The translations under genes and the position numbers were made by a program. Shown in pieces: positions 11,931 through 23,904 of a stretch of 64,000 nt of DNA. The first letter of the stretch is position 1. Each line of letters begins with the position of its first letter. The notes beneath the pieces were generated by a model. The model was not told the DNA's origin. It was given only the letters and a program-made list of their open reading frames with translations, and did no database searches. This DNA comes from Camelus dromedarius. Taxonomy: Eukaryota. The DNA lies in contig NC_087459.1 of assembly GCF_036321535.1 (NCBI RefSeq), forward strand, positions 25,544,001 to 25,608,000, written 5' to 3'.

Positions 11931-12622
11931 CTATTGTGTCCTAGTTTTCCCTCATCTATAAAACTGAACATAACCATATTACCCTGCAGGAAAGCTCAAG
12001 AATCAGAAATAATATAAAATGTGAGATACAGTATCCCAAGCATGGATCCCCCCCGACCCCTTCACCCCTGACTCCCAACTGTTTGTTCATATTGCCTGCG
12101 TTATTGGTCATTATATAAAACTTTTCACTGCCTTGCAAAAAAGACCCAACCGACAGGTCTATTCCCCGGCCAGGGGGAATCTGCTAGGATTTAGGGAACT
12201 GAAGGAGCTGTCCCAGCATCAGCAAGGAGCGCTCAGATCATTACGAGTGAGATGAATGTACGTTAACAGGAACTTTTCAGCAAGAGGCGGGAATTGGGAA
12301 GAGGGAAAGATCATTCATGACTATGCACAGGCTGGGATGAGTCAAACAGGGGTCAGGTGAGGACAAGTTAGGGGCTGGATGGGGACCATCCAGTCATCGT
12401 GGCTGGGCTGCCTTGCATGGAGTTTTCTCTCCACCAGTTAGTGTGAAAAAGATCCCAGACATCTCACTGTTTACCCGGGAGCATCTGAATGCTGGTGGCC
12501 ACGGCTATACCATCTCCACGGCTCCCACACCAGGGTAAACGCTCACCACAGCTTTGCTGGCTGGTTAGGCTGTCCTGGTAAATGCTGCGGGGGCCAGGCA
12601 GGGCCTGCAGGCATCTGGGAAG

Positions 12623-12636
12623 ACTTCCCGGAAGTG
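12623..12636. promoter_or_regulatory. Palindromic STAT (GAS) site overlapping an ETS site
   Basis: ACTTCC-C-GGAAGT(G) contains TTCCCGGAA (12625-12633) and CCGGAAGTG (12628-12636). This is a motif match only. Confidence 0.3.
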
Positions 12637-12759
12637 AGCCATGGGGCTGGAAGAGATGAAAGAGATGCGTGATGCCGGTAGCGGAGAAGGGTCAGTCAAC
12701 GTCCCGGCGAGGAGAGAGCCTGAGCACCATTTGCTGTGCTCTCTCGTAATGTAGTCTGC

Positions 12760-12950
12760 GTCTTTCCAAGCACTCTCCATGATTTGTAATTATTATTGAC
12801 TTAACCTTGGCTTCCTTCTCATTCTATACATTCTAGGAGGACAGGAACCTTGTCTCATTTTCTCATCACTGTATCCTGAGCATCGAGAGCCCAGCCTGGC
12901 ACACAGTAGGTTCTCGCTATACATTTTTGGTATTTAACTCAATGAACGCT
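12760..12950 (+). mobile_element. L2 3'-terminal fragment
   Basis: ..GGAACCTTGTCTCATTTTCTCATCACTGTATCCTGAGCATCGAGAGCCCAGCCTGGCACACAGTAGGTTCTC..TCAATGAA. Confidence 0.6.
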
Positions 12951-13149
12951 TTTGAAGTAAATGAACAAACCTGGGTAGAGTTCAAGTGCGATGAAGGACC
13001 AGGTGGCTGACATAGAGGGTCTGGGTTGCTGAAGAAGCAGAAAGTAATCAAGTAAGGTGGGGTCTGATTCTTGAAAGCTTTGACATTTTTGCCAAAAAAT
13101 TTGGACTTGTCCATAGAGAATTGTGAGCTCCTGGAAAACAAGAACTCTT

Positions 13150-14620
13150 TCTCATCAACTTAGCACGTTTGTTGGGTACCTAGACTGTGCGAGACATCAC
13201 ACAAAGGGAAATCAGAGAGCACCTCTGCATTAAAGGAGCTCAGAGTTCAGAGTCCAGGTGGCAACAGGAGTCAACGGTGGACATAAGCAAGGATGGCATA
13301 GGACAGGGATGATGAGTGTCCCACAGGAGAAGCAGGCAGATGGTGCAAAGGAGCTCAAAGGGGAGATGCTGACATTCCGCTGGGGTAAACAAAACATTTC
13401 AGGGAGCACGACGTGTTTGAGCTGGGTGTGGAAGCAGCAGCATTCAGACTTGGAGAGCTGAGCGTTCAGTGAGGAGATGGTTGCTGTGGAGTTAAGGGTG
13501 TAGGGAGAGAGCAGGTGGTTGAGTTTGTTAACTCATCTTTGCCTCTGCCACGATGTTTAGCATTCTGCACTGCACGCTATTGGCGCTGAATGAGCGTGAT
13601 GTCTGTTGGATTATCACTGTGCATCCTTGAGCAGAGGAGCTACAGGGGAAACTGCAAACGGTTAAAACGCAACTTTATCTGAACTGTAATTAACTTTTCA
13701 ACAGCCCAAAACACCGCTCAGCTTGTAGTGCGGGCGGTAGGCGGGCCCGTCAAGTCGCAAAAGAGAGGGTGGTTTACGTGTACAGGATATAGTTCCTTAC
13801 AGCCCGAGAATTCATACAGGGACCATAAAGGTAGGCAGAGACAGCCCGTGCATGAATTTACACCGTGTCGAGGATTTCATCCTGAAAGCAGCAGGGAGCC
13901 TTTGGCGTGTTTTAAGGCCGGGGCGTATGATCAGACCTGAATTTTAGAACAATCACAGGCCTGGCTGGTAAAGGATGGGCTGTAGTAGTGGGTACCCTTC
14001 CTTCCTGCTCCCATAGTCACTCCACTTTTCCCCGCTCTCATCATGGGATTGTAATTATTTGTATATTCATCCTTCCCTCCCACCAGAGAAGGGCAAGTTC
14101 CATGAGGTCATGGAGAGGATCTTATCCGTTCTTGTGTTCAAGTGATTGTCAGATAGAGAGCACTCATTATTAAATTAGTTAGCGAGATTGTCGGAGGGAG
14201 GACATACGAGAAACAATTTGAATAATTCAGGCAAGAAATGACAATAGCCTAAGGTAGGGTGGCATTTGGAAAAGATGGAACATGGGAGACAGATGTCAAA
14301 TACACTAAGTGGTAAAATATAAAGGACTTTGTGACAGGTGGGGGAGGGGTGCTGGAGAAGGGGTACTAGGGATTTGAATGATTAGGCAAACTGGTGGATG
14401 GCACGTGGCCCTTTGGGACAGGAAACAGGAGGAGAATCACGTCTGGAGAAGCAGAGAGCAAGTTCCGTCTTGGACGTGCTGTCTTTAGTAAACCCATTGA
14501 ACTTTGAAGGGGAGATGTCTAAAAACGGGTTGGATTTGCAAATACGGGGCTTAGAGACAAACCTCAGCTGTGGAGGCCAATGACACCCACATCAATAAAG
14601 TGATAGATGAAGACGTGGAA
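13150..14620 (-). mobile_element. Degraded L2 fragments (antisense), with an oppositely oriented L2 tail at about 13990-14185
   Basis: Antisense L2 motifs GAGGATTTCATCCTGAAAGCAGCAGGGAGCC..TTTTAAG..GATCAGACCTGAATTTTAGAACAATCAC and GCAAGTTCCGTCTTGGACGTGCTG..GGAGATGTC..GGTTGGATTTG. Confidence 0.55.
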
Positions 14621-14659
14621 AGACTTGAAGTCACTCGCATCCTATCTAACAACTGGGGC

Positions 14660-15010
14660 TATCTACCTTTCTCACTGTTGCCACCCGGTCGATTATAAAG
14701 TGGTGTCTCAGTGGTGTGCTCATTTTCATCTGTTTGACTACAAGTAGGTTTGAGCATTTATTCGTTCATCTGCTCGTTGGCTACCAGGGCTCCCCCTTCT
14801 GTGAATTGCCTTGGGATAACATTGGCCTGTGTTTCTATTGATTTTCCTTGTCCTTGTGAGCTGGTCTGAAGGATTTCGTTCTGCACTCTAGAAGCAATTC
14901 CCTTGACTGTTTTAGGTATTGGAAATATCTCCCCCTAGTCTGCCATCTATTAATTTTATTTGAGATTCCTAGTCTATGCAAAGGGAAAGAATACATTAAC
15001 TGAGCCCCAG
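14660..15010 (-). mobile_element. Old L1 (L1ME-like) ORF2 3' fragment
   Basis: GTGGTGTCTCAGTGGTGTGCTCATTTTCATCTGTTTGACTACAAGTAGGTTTGAGCATTTATTC..TCTGTGAATTGCC..GGTATTGGAAATATCTCCCCCTAGTCTG is degenerate antisense L1. Confidence 0.6.
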
Positions 15011-15382
15011 AAATACAAGAGAAGAAGTGTATTTTGAGTAACGTAATGAGTTGGATATGGGACATGTTGATTGAAGAGGGTGGGATGTTGATCTGCTGAA
15101 CTGGAGGGGAACACGTGCCCTGAGGTGTACTCAAGGGGGCCCCCTTGTCAGAATAGCCCAGGTTAAGGGTTGGGGACAAGAGGTGCTTGGGCTCTGAAGT
15201 CTAAATGGCAGCTAATGTCAGTCCAAGGGCTTGGTCTTCATTTAGTGGTGATGGATGTCCAGCAGAGACACCTGTCCAGAAACATCCTTTGGTAAGCTGA
15301 GCCTGGAAATGGCATGGAGAGGGCTTGGAGCTGGCACAGACTAGAGCTAGATTATCAGTTAGGAAACTTGGCAATGGGATTG

Positions 15383-15775
15383 CGTGATGATGAGCTTTAT
15401 GTGTATATGGTACTTAGTTTTCTAATCAAACACCAATCTAGGAGTTGTAACAGTATCTTGTTGGACTATAAGCAGTTCACTTAAAGTAAAGGAGATTACT
15501 GTCCATATGGTGGGTCGGCCTCATCCAATCAGTTGAAGGTCTTAAGAGTAAAACTGAGGTTACCCAGAGAAGAAGAAATTCTGCTTCAAGACTGTTAATG
15601 TAGAAATACTGCCTGAGTTTTCAGCCTTCCCTACAGATTTTGAACTTGTCAGTCCCTGCAATTGCATGAGCCAATTCCTTCAAATAAAAAATAAATATCT
15701 GTGTGTGTGTACACGTACGGGTGTATCTGTGTGTGTCCTCTTGGTTCTATTTCTCTGGAGAACCCTGACTGATAC
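15383..15775 (+). mobile_element. MLT2-type (ERVL) solo LTR
   Basis: Hallmark MLT2 motifs: GGTGGGTCGGCCTCATCCAATCAGTTGAAGGTCTTAAGAG..AAGAAGAAATTCTGC..CATGAGCCAATTCCTT..TTGGTTCTATTTCTCTGGAGAACCCTGACTGATAC. Confidence 0.85.
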
Positions 15776-15779
15776 TGGA

Positions 15780-16050
15780 AGTAGGTTATTGGTCTTTGAA
15801 ACTTTTTGTTCCTGTCAGTCATAAATTTTTTTTAAATGGAAAACAAAATAAGAAAAAAAAAGAAACATGCACTCTAATACATGTGTATTTATTTGTTTAT
15901 AAATAATTTACATGTACCCAGTATTAATATGCTGTATATATTACAAAACACAAAATGGAAGAATTTAAAGAATGAGCTATAAAAAGACAATCAAAGATGT
16001 AGCTTTTCTTCCTGCATCTGGGGAGGTACATCTTCAGTCTTGGAAATCAG
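15780..16050. mobile_element. Possible hAT-Charlie MITE remnant (family not assigned)
   Basis: The AT-rich core TATTTATTTGTTTATAAATAATTTACATGTAC..TATATATTACAAAACACAAAATGGAAGAATTTAAAGAATGAG resembles ancient Charlie-type MITEs; termini are not clearly resolved. Confidence 0.35.
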
Positions 16051-16504
16051 GTGGCTAGGGTAAGAGATGAGGAAGAGTCTAGTACAATGTACTACAGACT
16101 GAATTAAGAAACCCTAAGATGCAGGAGTAAGCCAGTTAATAACTTTATCATCAGCATTCACATATCCATATTTAAATGAAAAGATTTCCCCCAAATATAT
16201 CCTTTTCATGAATTTTTCCAGTTCTCCTAAACATTGTTAGGGTACATACGTAAGCGGAATTCGGCACATCCCAAAATACCCAGGCTGTCAGTCTTTTTAA
16301 GCCAAATGCCAGTTTATATCAAGATTATCCTCACCCACCTTGAGAAAGTTGGCTCTAGTTTGAAATAACTCCTGGCATTTGAAGAGTGATTTAGCTTCCA
16401 GAGCAGTTTCATAGAATTGACTGAACATAGCCCTACAACAAAGATGGGAGGTGGGAAGGTCAGAATGATGTTTCCCTTTTTTGTATCTGAGTATCGTTAA
16501 TAAT

Positions 16505-16750
16505 GAAAAAGTGTAGCCAAATTGTTAGAAACAGTAAGAAGAATGGTGGTTGCCAGTGGTGGGGGAGAGGAAAGGGGAATGGGGAGTTGTTGCTTTGTGG
16601 GTATAGAGTTTCAGTTTTGCAAGGTGGAAAAGTTCTAGAGAGCTGCTGTACCGTGAGGAGTGTGTAATTAACACTTGTACTATATATACTTTAAAAAATG
16701 GTTCAGGTAGTTTGCTGTTATGCACTTTTTACCACAATAAAAAAAAAATA
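16505..16750 (+). mobile_element. L1MB-type 3' end with A-tail
   Basis: GAATGGTGGTTGCCAGTGG..GGGAATGGGGAGTTGTTG..GGGTATAGAGTTTCAGTTTTGCAAGGTGGAAAAGTTCTAGAG..TTTTTACCACAATAAAAAAAAAA. Confidence 0.85.
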
Positions 16751-17113
16751 AGCAAACAGGGGTCTGGGGGCTAAATAACTTGACAGAGGTCACAGCATCT
16801 ATCAGAGGATAGATTCAGATTAGGATCAATGTCTTTTGGGGGCCGGCCCAACATTCCTCCCGTTATGTAGACAATGCAATTTGTACGCAGGAATTTTCCA
16901 CCACCCCTTTCCGCCTGTGGCAATATAAATTTGGAGGAGTCAAGACTGACTTTGAGATAACAGATACTTAAGTAGATTCCAAATATTTCTTTTTTAATCC
17001 TCCGTGTACAACATTGACTTTTCTAATCAATCGTTAAAATAAATCTCAAGGATTTGCCGGATTATTTTTGAAACACAGCAGGGAGCACTTCAGCTTATCA
17101 GTAAGTAAACAGG

Positions 17114-17327
17114 TATAAATCAGAAGGGAGAAGAGGGGCGGGCAAGCCCCAGCCCCTGGCCGCCATCCTGGTCTGCGATTTAAGCTTCAAATGACAAGCA
17201 AATGACACGCCAATGACACGGGGGAATGAAGTCGCCGGGGAAGCGCCACATCGCTTCATCAGAGCAGAAGGCACAAACGCAGACCCGCCAGTGCAAAGAT
17301 CGCTTCCTCGGAGTGTTAGGCACACAG
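17114..17327 (+). promoter_or_regulatory. Candidate CpG-enriched promoter and first exon
   Basis: TATAAAT 17114-17120, GC box GGGGCGGG 17135-17142, YY1-like GGCCGCCATCC 17158-17168, CCAAT about 17210, strong donor CAG|GTGAGA after 17327. Motif evidence only. Confidence 0.25.
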
Positions 17328-17570
17328 GTGAGACCTACAGATTGGAAAACCCCAGGAGGCTGTGATGGGGGAGGCAAGAGTTCCGAGGAGGCTGCTTCCG
17401 AGCTGTTCGGCCTGCCAGCCTCAGCGGAGTCAGCAAGTCAGTCCCCGTCATCCATTAAAACAGGTCTCTTACTTGGTCCCTTTAAAAATTGTTACCATTT
17501 CTATTAACTACTCCCAGGATCAGATAAGAAGATGTTTGTTGAGCACATAGGGCCAACAGAGCGAGATAAA

Positions 17571-17900
17571 GTATTAAAATACTCATTGTGCTAGTGCTGC
17601 CCTAACAGAATACCAGAGACGGGGTGGTTTAAACAGTAGACATGTATTTGTTCGCAGTTCTGGAGGCTGCAAGTCCAAGGTCAAGGTGCCAGCAGGTCTG
17701 GTTTCCCTGGGGTCCTCGCTACTTGGCTTGGATACATTGTCTTAGTCTGTCCTCAAGTGGCCTTTCCTCTGCGACACCGAGAGGAGTAAACTCGGTGTCC
17801 CTTAATCTTCTATCACCCTCTCTCCAAATGCAGTTGCAAGGGGCGGGAGTTAGGGCTTCAATGTCTGAATTTGGGGGAGGACGTAATTCAGTTCCTAGCA
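17571..17900 (-). mobile_element. MLT1 (MaLR) LTR, MLT1A-C-like
   Basis: The minus strand begins TGCTAGGAACTGAATTACGTCCTCCCCCAAATTCAGACATTGAAGCCCTAACTCC. The plus strand has GCAGTTCTGGAGGCTGCAAGTCCAAGGTCAAGGTGCCAGCAGG. Confidence 0.85.
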
Positions 17901-18078
17901 CTCATTTCTGTGCCTTTCTTTTCTACCCTTAGTTGTGTCCACCCTACTGTGGTTGATCAAAGTCATCTTCCTTGAGGCAAATTAGGTTGTTTTTAACAAA
18001 AATGCAAATGGCATCCAAAATCAAAACCATACTTTTAGAAAGCAAAACTTTTCATTGGTGTGATGGAGAGAGTGTGGG

Positions 18079-18122
18079 CATGTGTGCGTGCGTGCGTGCA
18101 TGTGTGTGTGTGTGTGTGTGTG
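18079..18122. repeat. (TG)n/(TGCG)n microsatellite, 44 bp uninterrupted purine-pyrimidine alternation
   Basis: CATGTGTGCGTGCGTGCGTGCATGTGTG..TG. Confidence 0.95.
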
Positions 18123-19490
18123 AAGGGGATTGTTGAGAACAGAAAATCAAAAGGAAGTTACTTTCCAGGCTTCCACGTATCTTTCTCCAGAATTATTATA
18201 TAACATGTTTTGCCAAAATGAGGGAGTATGTGATGAAAAGAGGAAAGTCTGGGATCCAAAAACAGGGACTCTAGCACAGAAGAGGTGAATGCTTTCTCCG
18301 TGGTGATGATGACAGGAGAACTCAGAAGGTATCTGGGCAGCGGGTCCAGAGTGCAGCTAATCCAAGTGGGAGCAGTTCAGCAGGGCTGAGTCGAATGTAA
18401 GACTCCCATGTAGATGGTTATGTTGGGAAATATTTCATTGAAATACTTTGTAGGAGACAAAAAGTCCTGTAGAGCCCCTTAGCTGCACCTGAAAAAGATG
18501 CTTTGGTTCCAAAATGTAAGAAGGAAACTAGAAAGTCAAATGTTAATGTGTCTAATTAAATGTTTACAAAACTTAAAATGACAGATTAATCAACTGCAAC
18601 CCACTCAATCTTTAATGACATACATTTGTACGTGTGTTTACAGTGGGATGTGGGTACATTTTTATATATTGTAGGTTGAAGCCTCCCAAAATAAGTTTGT
18701 GCACAGCCTACAAAAATCTGCAAACAGTGTAGCCTATTAAAGTAACAATCTCCATGTCCCATGGGTCAGTGACAAGTTGGAGTGACATCACAGGGTCCAC
18801 GTCTTCTGGATGTTGGGCTGGTGGCTGGCCACATCATCTGAGCCTGGCATGCTGAGAACAGCCTGGTGAGCCAGAAGCTTCTGCACTCCCCCTTCATCCA
18901 GTATCGCCTCTACTCAACACTGTCTGAGAAACCTTCCTGATCAGACCCAATCCCAGATCAGACCAACCACCAGGTGCAGGACAGTTACAACCCCAGCAGA
19001 ACTTTCAGTAGCTCTGAACCCCAAGGAAGGGATGTTGTCTCAAACCCCTGCCAGGATGCTGGGCTGTGAAGGGGCTGATTAATTGAGAGTAATTTCCTCA
19101 CCTCCAAGGAAAAGCACAAAGAGGCCAAATATGGTGACCGATGCTCTGTAATGTTTCAATGACAAGAGGAGACAGGATGTAGGCATAAAGGTCTATAAGT
19201 TCACAGAGGCAGCCCCCCAATATTTTGGAAGAACAGAAAAGACTTATAGTCAGTGAGTCACGGGTAGGACATTCAAAACCCTCACTGTCACCAGATGAAT
19301 CAGACCATGTGATGTGGCCTTTCGTGTCCCCATGCCTGCCAGCTTTGGGTTCGATTGGCTGGAATATGCAGTGGATTGATGGAGGCACTGAATTGTTTGT
19401 ACAGCAAATTGATCGTGGTATAGATATAGTATTTCTTCTTTAGGGCCCTGCAGGAAGCTTTGGTTGCCTGTCTGCCGGATGCTCCCCCAG

Positions 19491-19520
19491 CACACACATA
19501 CACACACGCGCGCGCGCGCA
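19491..19520. repeat. (CA)n(CG)n compound microsatellite
   Basis: CACACACATACACACACGCGCGCGCGCGCA. Confidence 0.95.
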
Positions 19521-19809
19521 GGCAGGCAGGCATGTACTTCCTCCCCTGGGAGCAATAATACACTGGGACCCAACACCGATCAGAACTGATCTAAGATGAC
19601 ATCCTTTTGTCCTTGGAAGTGTTTTGTTACTGCCATTCAGAAGCCTGCCTGAAATAAAACCTCAAGACTTTTGTCTGGAACTTCATTGTTTAGGGCTTTA
19701 AGAAGAAAAGACAAGACAAGGAATTTCAAAGTATTGTAATTTTGGTTTGGGAGGAAATAAATCCTGGCCTTTATCCTCAGATGCCCACGTGTCATGTGGA
19801 TTCACTGAT

Positions 19810-20425
19810 AGACTCGTTCATCCGTTCAACCAACATTGACTGAATACCGGCACTGGGGGTGCAAAGAGGAACCAGGCAGCGTCCCCAGCCCTGGCTCAGA
19901 GTCATGTAACAGATACTAGAAAGTGCAGAGCAACCTGGAGGCTAAGGGCAAAGAAGGATGAGCTGGCTTTTGGGTGAGGAATAGGATCCTTCCAGTTTCC
20001 AGGAGAGCACAGAGCATTAAGACAGGAAGAGCAGGATGTGCAGAAAGGCACTAAACCATGGGGAAGCGGGGTGGGGAGTGAGGCCTGAGCGTACAGGTCT
20101 GCAAGGGGCAGTCAGGGGGCACAGCTGGACGTGCAAGGAGGGTCCAGATGGGAAAGGCTCCCCTGGGGCATCCAGACCCTGTCCCATAGGTGGTGGCAAA
20201 GCAATGGGAATCTTCAAACAGGGGTTAAAGCAATTAAGGGTCTACCCAGATCTACACCTAGATCCTAAACTTGATCCCTGCTCATGGTGGGAGGAATGGG
20301 CCGTGGACATCTCGTAACATCATGAAGCTGTTATGAGAGCCCAGGCAGAATAAGATGTGGCTCTGGACTGAGGCCATACCAAGAAGGCAGAGAAAATGGA
20401 TTCGATTCTAGAGATTTCAGAGGTA
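19810..20425 (-). mobile_element. Degraded L2 (3' end and adjacent body)
   Basis: TTCATCCGTTCAACCAACATTGACTGAATACCGGCACTGGGGGTGCAAAGAGGAACCAGGCAG.. followed by antisense L2-like body up to GGATTCGATTCTAGAGATTTCAGAGGTAGA. Confidence 0.55.
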
Positions 20426-20430
20426 GACAC

Positions 20431-20657
20431 TACACCAAGAGTGAATCCTGATGTACACGGTGGAATTTGGGTGATAATCGTGCATCAGGGAAGGGTCATC
20501 AGTTATAACAAATCCCACTGTGGTGTGGGATGCTGTTAGTGAGGGAGGTGGGACACGTGTGTGGACAGAGGGTGCGTGGGAAACCTCACTGCCTTCTGCC
20601 CAATTTGGGGGGGGGAGCCTAAAACTGCCCTAAAAAGTCTATTAATTTAAACAAAAA
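20431..20657 (+). mobile_element. L1MC/L1MD-type 3' end
   Basis: ACACCAAGAGTGAATCCTGATGTA..TTTGGGTGATAAT..GTCATCAGTTATAACAAAT..CCTAAAACTGCCCTAAAAAGTCTATTAA matches the L1MC1-like terminus. Confidence 0.85.
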
Positions 20658-22704
20658 GTAGGACCAAGACTTGAATCGGGCTCTACTAAGTCCTAAGCTT
20701 TTCCTTTCTGCAATGTTGCCCAAGAATGACCAGTTTCTAAAGCAGTTCCAAACTCAGGAAGCCGATCAGCCAGCTTTTTAAAATAGTCACCCAGGACTTT
20801 AGCTCTTCACGGTTGCCTCTTGGAAAGAACAGTCTTTTAAAGGTGAGGAAGCCTTGCTGAAGAGAAAGAAAAAATGAAAAGTCAATCTCAGCTCATGGAC
20901 TTTGCAAAGACATGAATGTACCAACTCCAGGTTTACTGGGCCTTCCTCATGCCTGCCTGCCCCGTTGCTTTCCTCAGCCCACAGCCCACACCTTGGCTCC
21001 AATCTGAGCTTCCCTTTCCTGGAGTCACTCACACTTCATAAATCCACCATCCCTCCCATCACCTCACACACAGCGTTCAGGGTGTCAGCTTTACAGAGGA
21101 CACAACCAAACCCACATGCAAGAAGGAGAGAATGGTACTCACAAAGGCAGAAGGATGGAAGCCTGAAATGGGGGCGGGAGACAGAGCACTGAGCCAGGGG
21201 CAGCACCTGGATCCCTTTCCTTCTCCCCTTCCACTTGCTGGAAGTAATAACCATGGATGGACTCAGTCTCTGCCCAGGACTTGGCTCCCCCTGGTCTCCC
21301 ACGCATCCTGGGATTCTGTCTCCAAAGCTCCCACCTCCTGCTCCTTCCACTGCGGGAGGGAGGGTGCTCCCGGGCTGACCCTCCCAAACAATGGTTCCAC
21401 TTGCACCCTTGCCTCCCACCCCCACCCCCAGCCCCATCCCCTGAGCCAACAAACCACGCCCAACCCTGCTGGCTGTGTCCCCAGCCTGAGCAGCCCCCTC
21501 TGCGAAGCAAGAGGCACGTCAGGCTGCGTGGATTTGGGGTCTCATCTTTCCCTCAGGTAACTTCAGGCCAGGCAAGGCCTGAGCAGGAGTTATCAAACAG
21601 GCAGACAGGCTTAGGACAGCCAGCTCAGGATCTGCCAGTGAGCAGAAGGCGGAAGGAAGGGAGCCCACAGATGGCCAAGACTCCCCCACTCCACCGGGTG
21701 GGGAATGCTCAGCCTGGGCTTGGACCTGAGCCATGGCCACCGTCCTGTCTACTCCGGAGTTCCTGAGTATATGTTCCAGGGCTCTGTGAGGCTCAGCAGG
21801 TGCACACAGGTGTGATGGTGGTGGCTGGACCTTGACCTTGACCCAAGACATAGTGACCCAGCTCAGGGAAAGCAGTGGCTCTGGCCACACACAGTTTTTA
21901 CACACAGTTTGCTAGCTTTATCCTAACATCCCAGAGAGGCGAAAAGGGCCACGAGTTCAGGAGAGGAGTGACAGGAAAGATGTGTCAAGGGAGCAGCGCA
22001 GGCGTGAAGGGGCCGTTGTCTCAGTCTGAGGCCTGGATGTGTCAATGTCTCGGTGGGATCTGGGCCAGCACTTGCCCTCTCTGTTTCTTGGCTTCTTCCT
22101 CTGATAATTCCTGCCCTTTCTGTCTCCTGAGGGTGTGAGGAAGACCCAGGGAGACAACGGGAGCAGAAGTGCTTTGAAAAGGGCCACGTGCTTCCCAGGA
22201 GTGCAGCGCTGGTATTTCTGCAGTAAATCCCCCCACACGGGGCTGTCGGGGCGGGGGGCCGAATGAGTCCATGGATGTGGAAGCCCCTCGCAAATGATGA
22301 AGCCTGGATGAGATGGAGAATTAGCAGTAGCGAGGCATGATTATCTGTGTGGTTCTGACAACAACACCATTTTGCCACCTGCTGCCCAGACATTTCTGTA
22401 ACTGTGTGACTTTGCAAAGACGTGAGCCGTGCCTGCTGGGGTTTGCCCAGCTGTGAAATGAGACCCCTGCGGGAGTGGCAAACACAGCCAGCTCTCGTGA
22501 GCCGATGCGGGCAGGGTCACAGCCTTCAAAGAGGATATGCTAAATGAAAGAGGGTTGGCTTGGAGGACAGAACCAGCATCTGGATCTGGCCCAGGTTCTA
22601 GGGAGGCAGATTTGGCTCAAGGCGACACTTACTAACGCATAAAGGCCCCCTCCAACCCCTTCTGCCTTCAGCCTTTCAGCTTGCCAGCTGCCTTTCACCC
22701 TGAC

Positions 22705-22815
22705 AGCTGCCTGGTGAGATCAGTTTCCTCATCATTCCCATCTTACAGGTGAAGAAACTGAGGCTTGAAGTCTTAAATCCCAGGTCACGCAGCATGGAAC
22801 GCACCAGATGTAGGG
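22705..22815 (-). mobile_element. MIR core fragment
   Basis: ATTCCCATCTTACAGGTGAAGAAACTGAGGCTTGAAG..CCCAGGTCACGCAGC. Confidence 0.7.
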
Positions 22816-23904
22816 ACACGTCACCAAGACCGTGAGGCCCACGCCCTGACTTTAACAATGTGAGGCTGACTGATAACCACAAGTAAGAGCCCTGGTGACA
22901 TTGCTTCCCACGTAGGGTCACAGATTGGGGAGTTTTCCACTGTGCAGAAAGTGTGAAGGGGTGGGCCCCTTGAGAGCACCAGGGCAGAGGGCTGAGAAGG
23001 CAGATGCCCAGGCCCCGTTCCCAGTGTTTCAGACTTAGCAGATCCAGGTTTGACCCGCTCTTACAGAACCACTGCCACAAGGCAATGCCTAGAGCCCATC
23101 CCAGGTTGAATGCTCAGCTCTGGAGATCATTTGAATTGATGGAACAGGCTCACTGTGATAAAGTCCTGAGTGTCCCTGGTCTTTAAAGAGGATACTAGCT
23201 GGGCCAGTCTCGTTTCTTGTCAGACCAGCCCTTGAATCTCATCCTGAAAACAGCAGGAGGATTGAGGAACAGGAAGAAGTGAGGGAGAGGACGAGGGAGA
23301 GGACTTTGGAGAAGAAGGCTGAGGAGGGAGAGATAAAAGGAGTGCACTGGGACCGTAGGTCTGTCCAGGGTATCACCATTGTATAAGATAAATAAGCCCT
23401 TTTCAAAGTTCTTCTTGGTTATGTGAGCTGTCTGGGCCTAAGCGATGCAGAGAATCACTGTAGGACCTCTACACAGCTTTATACACACCTGGGCACTACA
23501 GGTCTTGAGTCACACCTGGAGAGGTACTACTATTTAGCATACCCATAGAAAAAACAAAATAAACGGAGAAGGCAGAAAGCTCATCTTCCCCTGGCATTCC
23601 AGACCAACCATGGTCCAGCTCTCAGCTGCCTGTCCCCACACCAGGGGGTAACTCCTAAACTCCGTCTCCTGTGGCCCCCAGCTGATGGGCCTCGAAAGCC
23701 TTCCCGATCTGCCTAGCTGTTAGAAATGTCTCCTTTGGGTGCACTGTCTACCCCTCTACTAAGCTCACAGGCAAAGAAGAACGACAGGCCAGACTGGGTC
23801 TGGAAGGCCAACCCTGCCTTCTCAACTACATTTAAGACCCTTAAAGGCCAGGACCAAGAAGAGACTCCCTCTGCAGCCATCACCCCCTCTCCAACCTGAC
23901 TGAT

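Noticed and set aside
18420-18760. AT-rich block resembling an ancient hAT/Tip100-type transposon remnant
   Set aside because: I could not identify terminal inverted repeats or a family with confidence.
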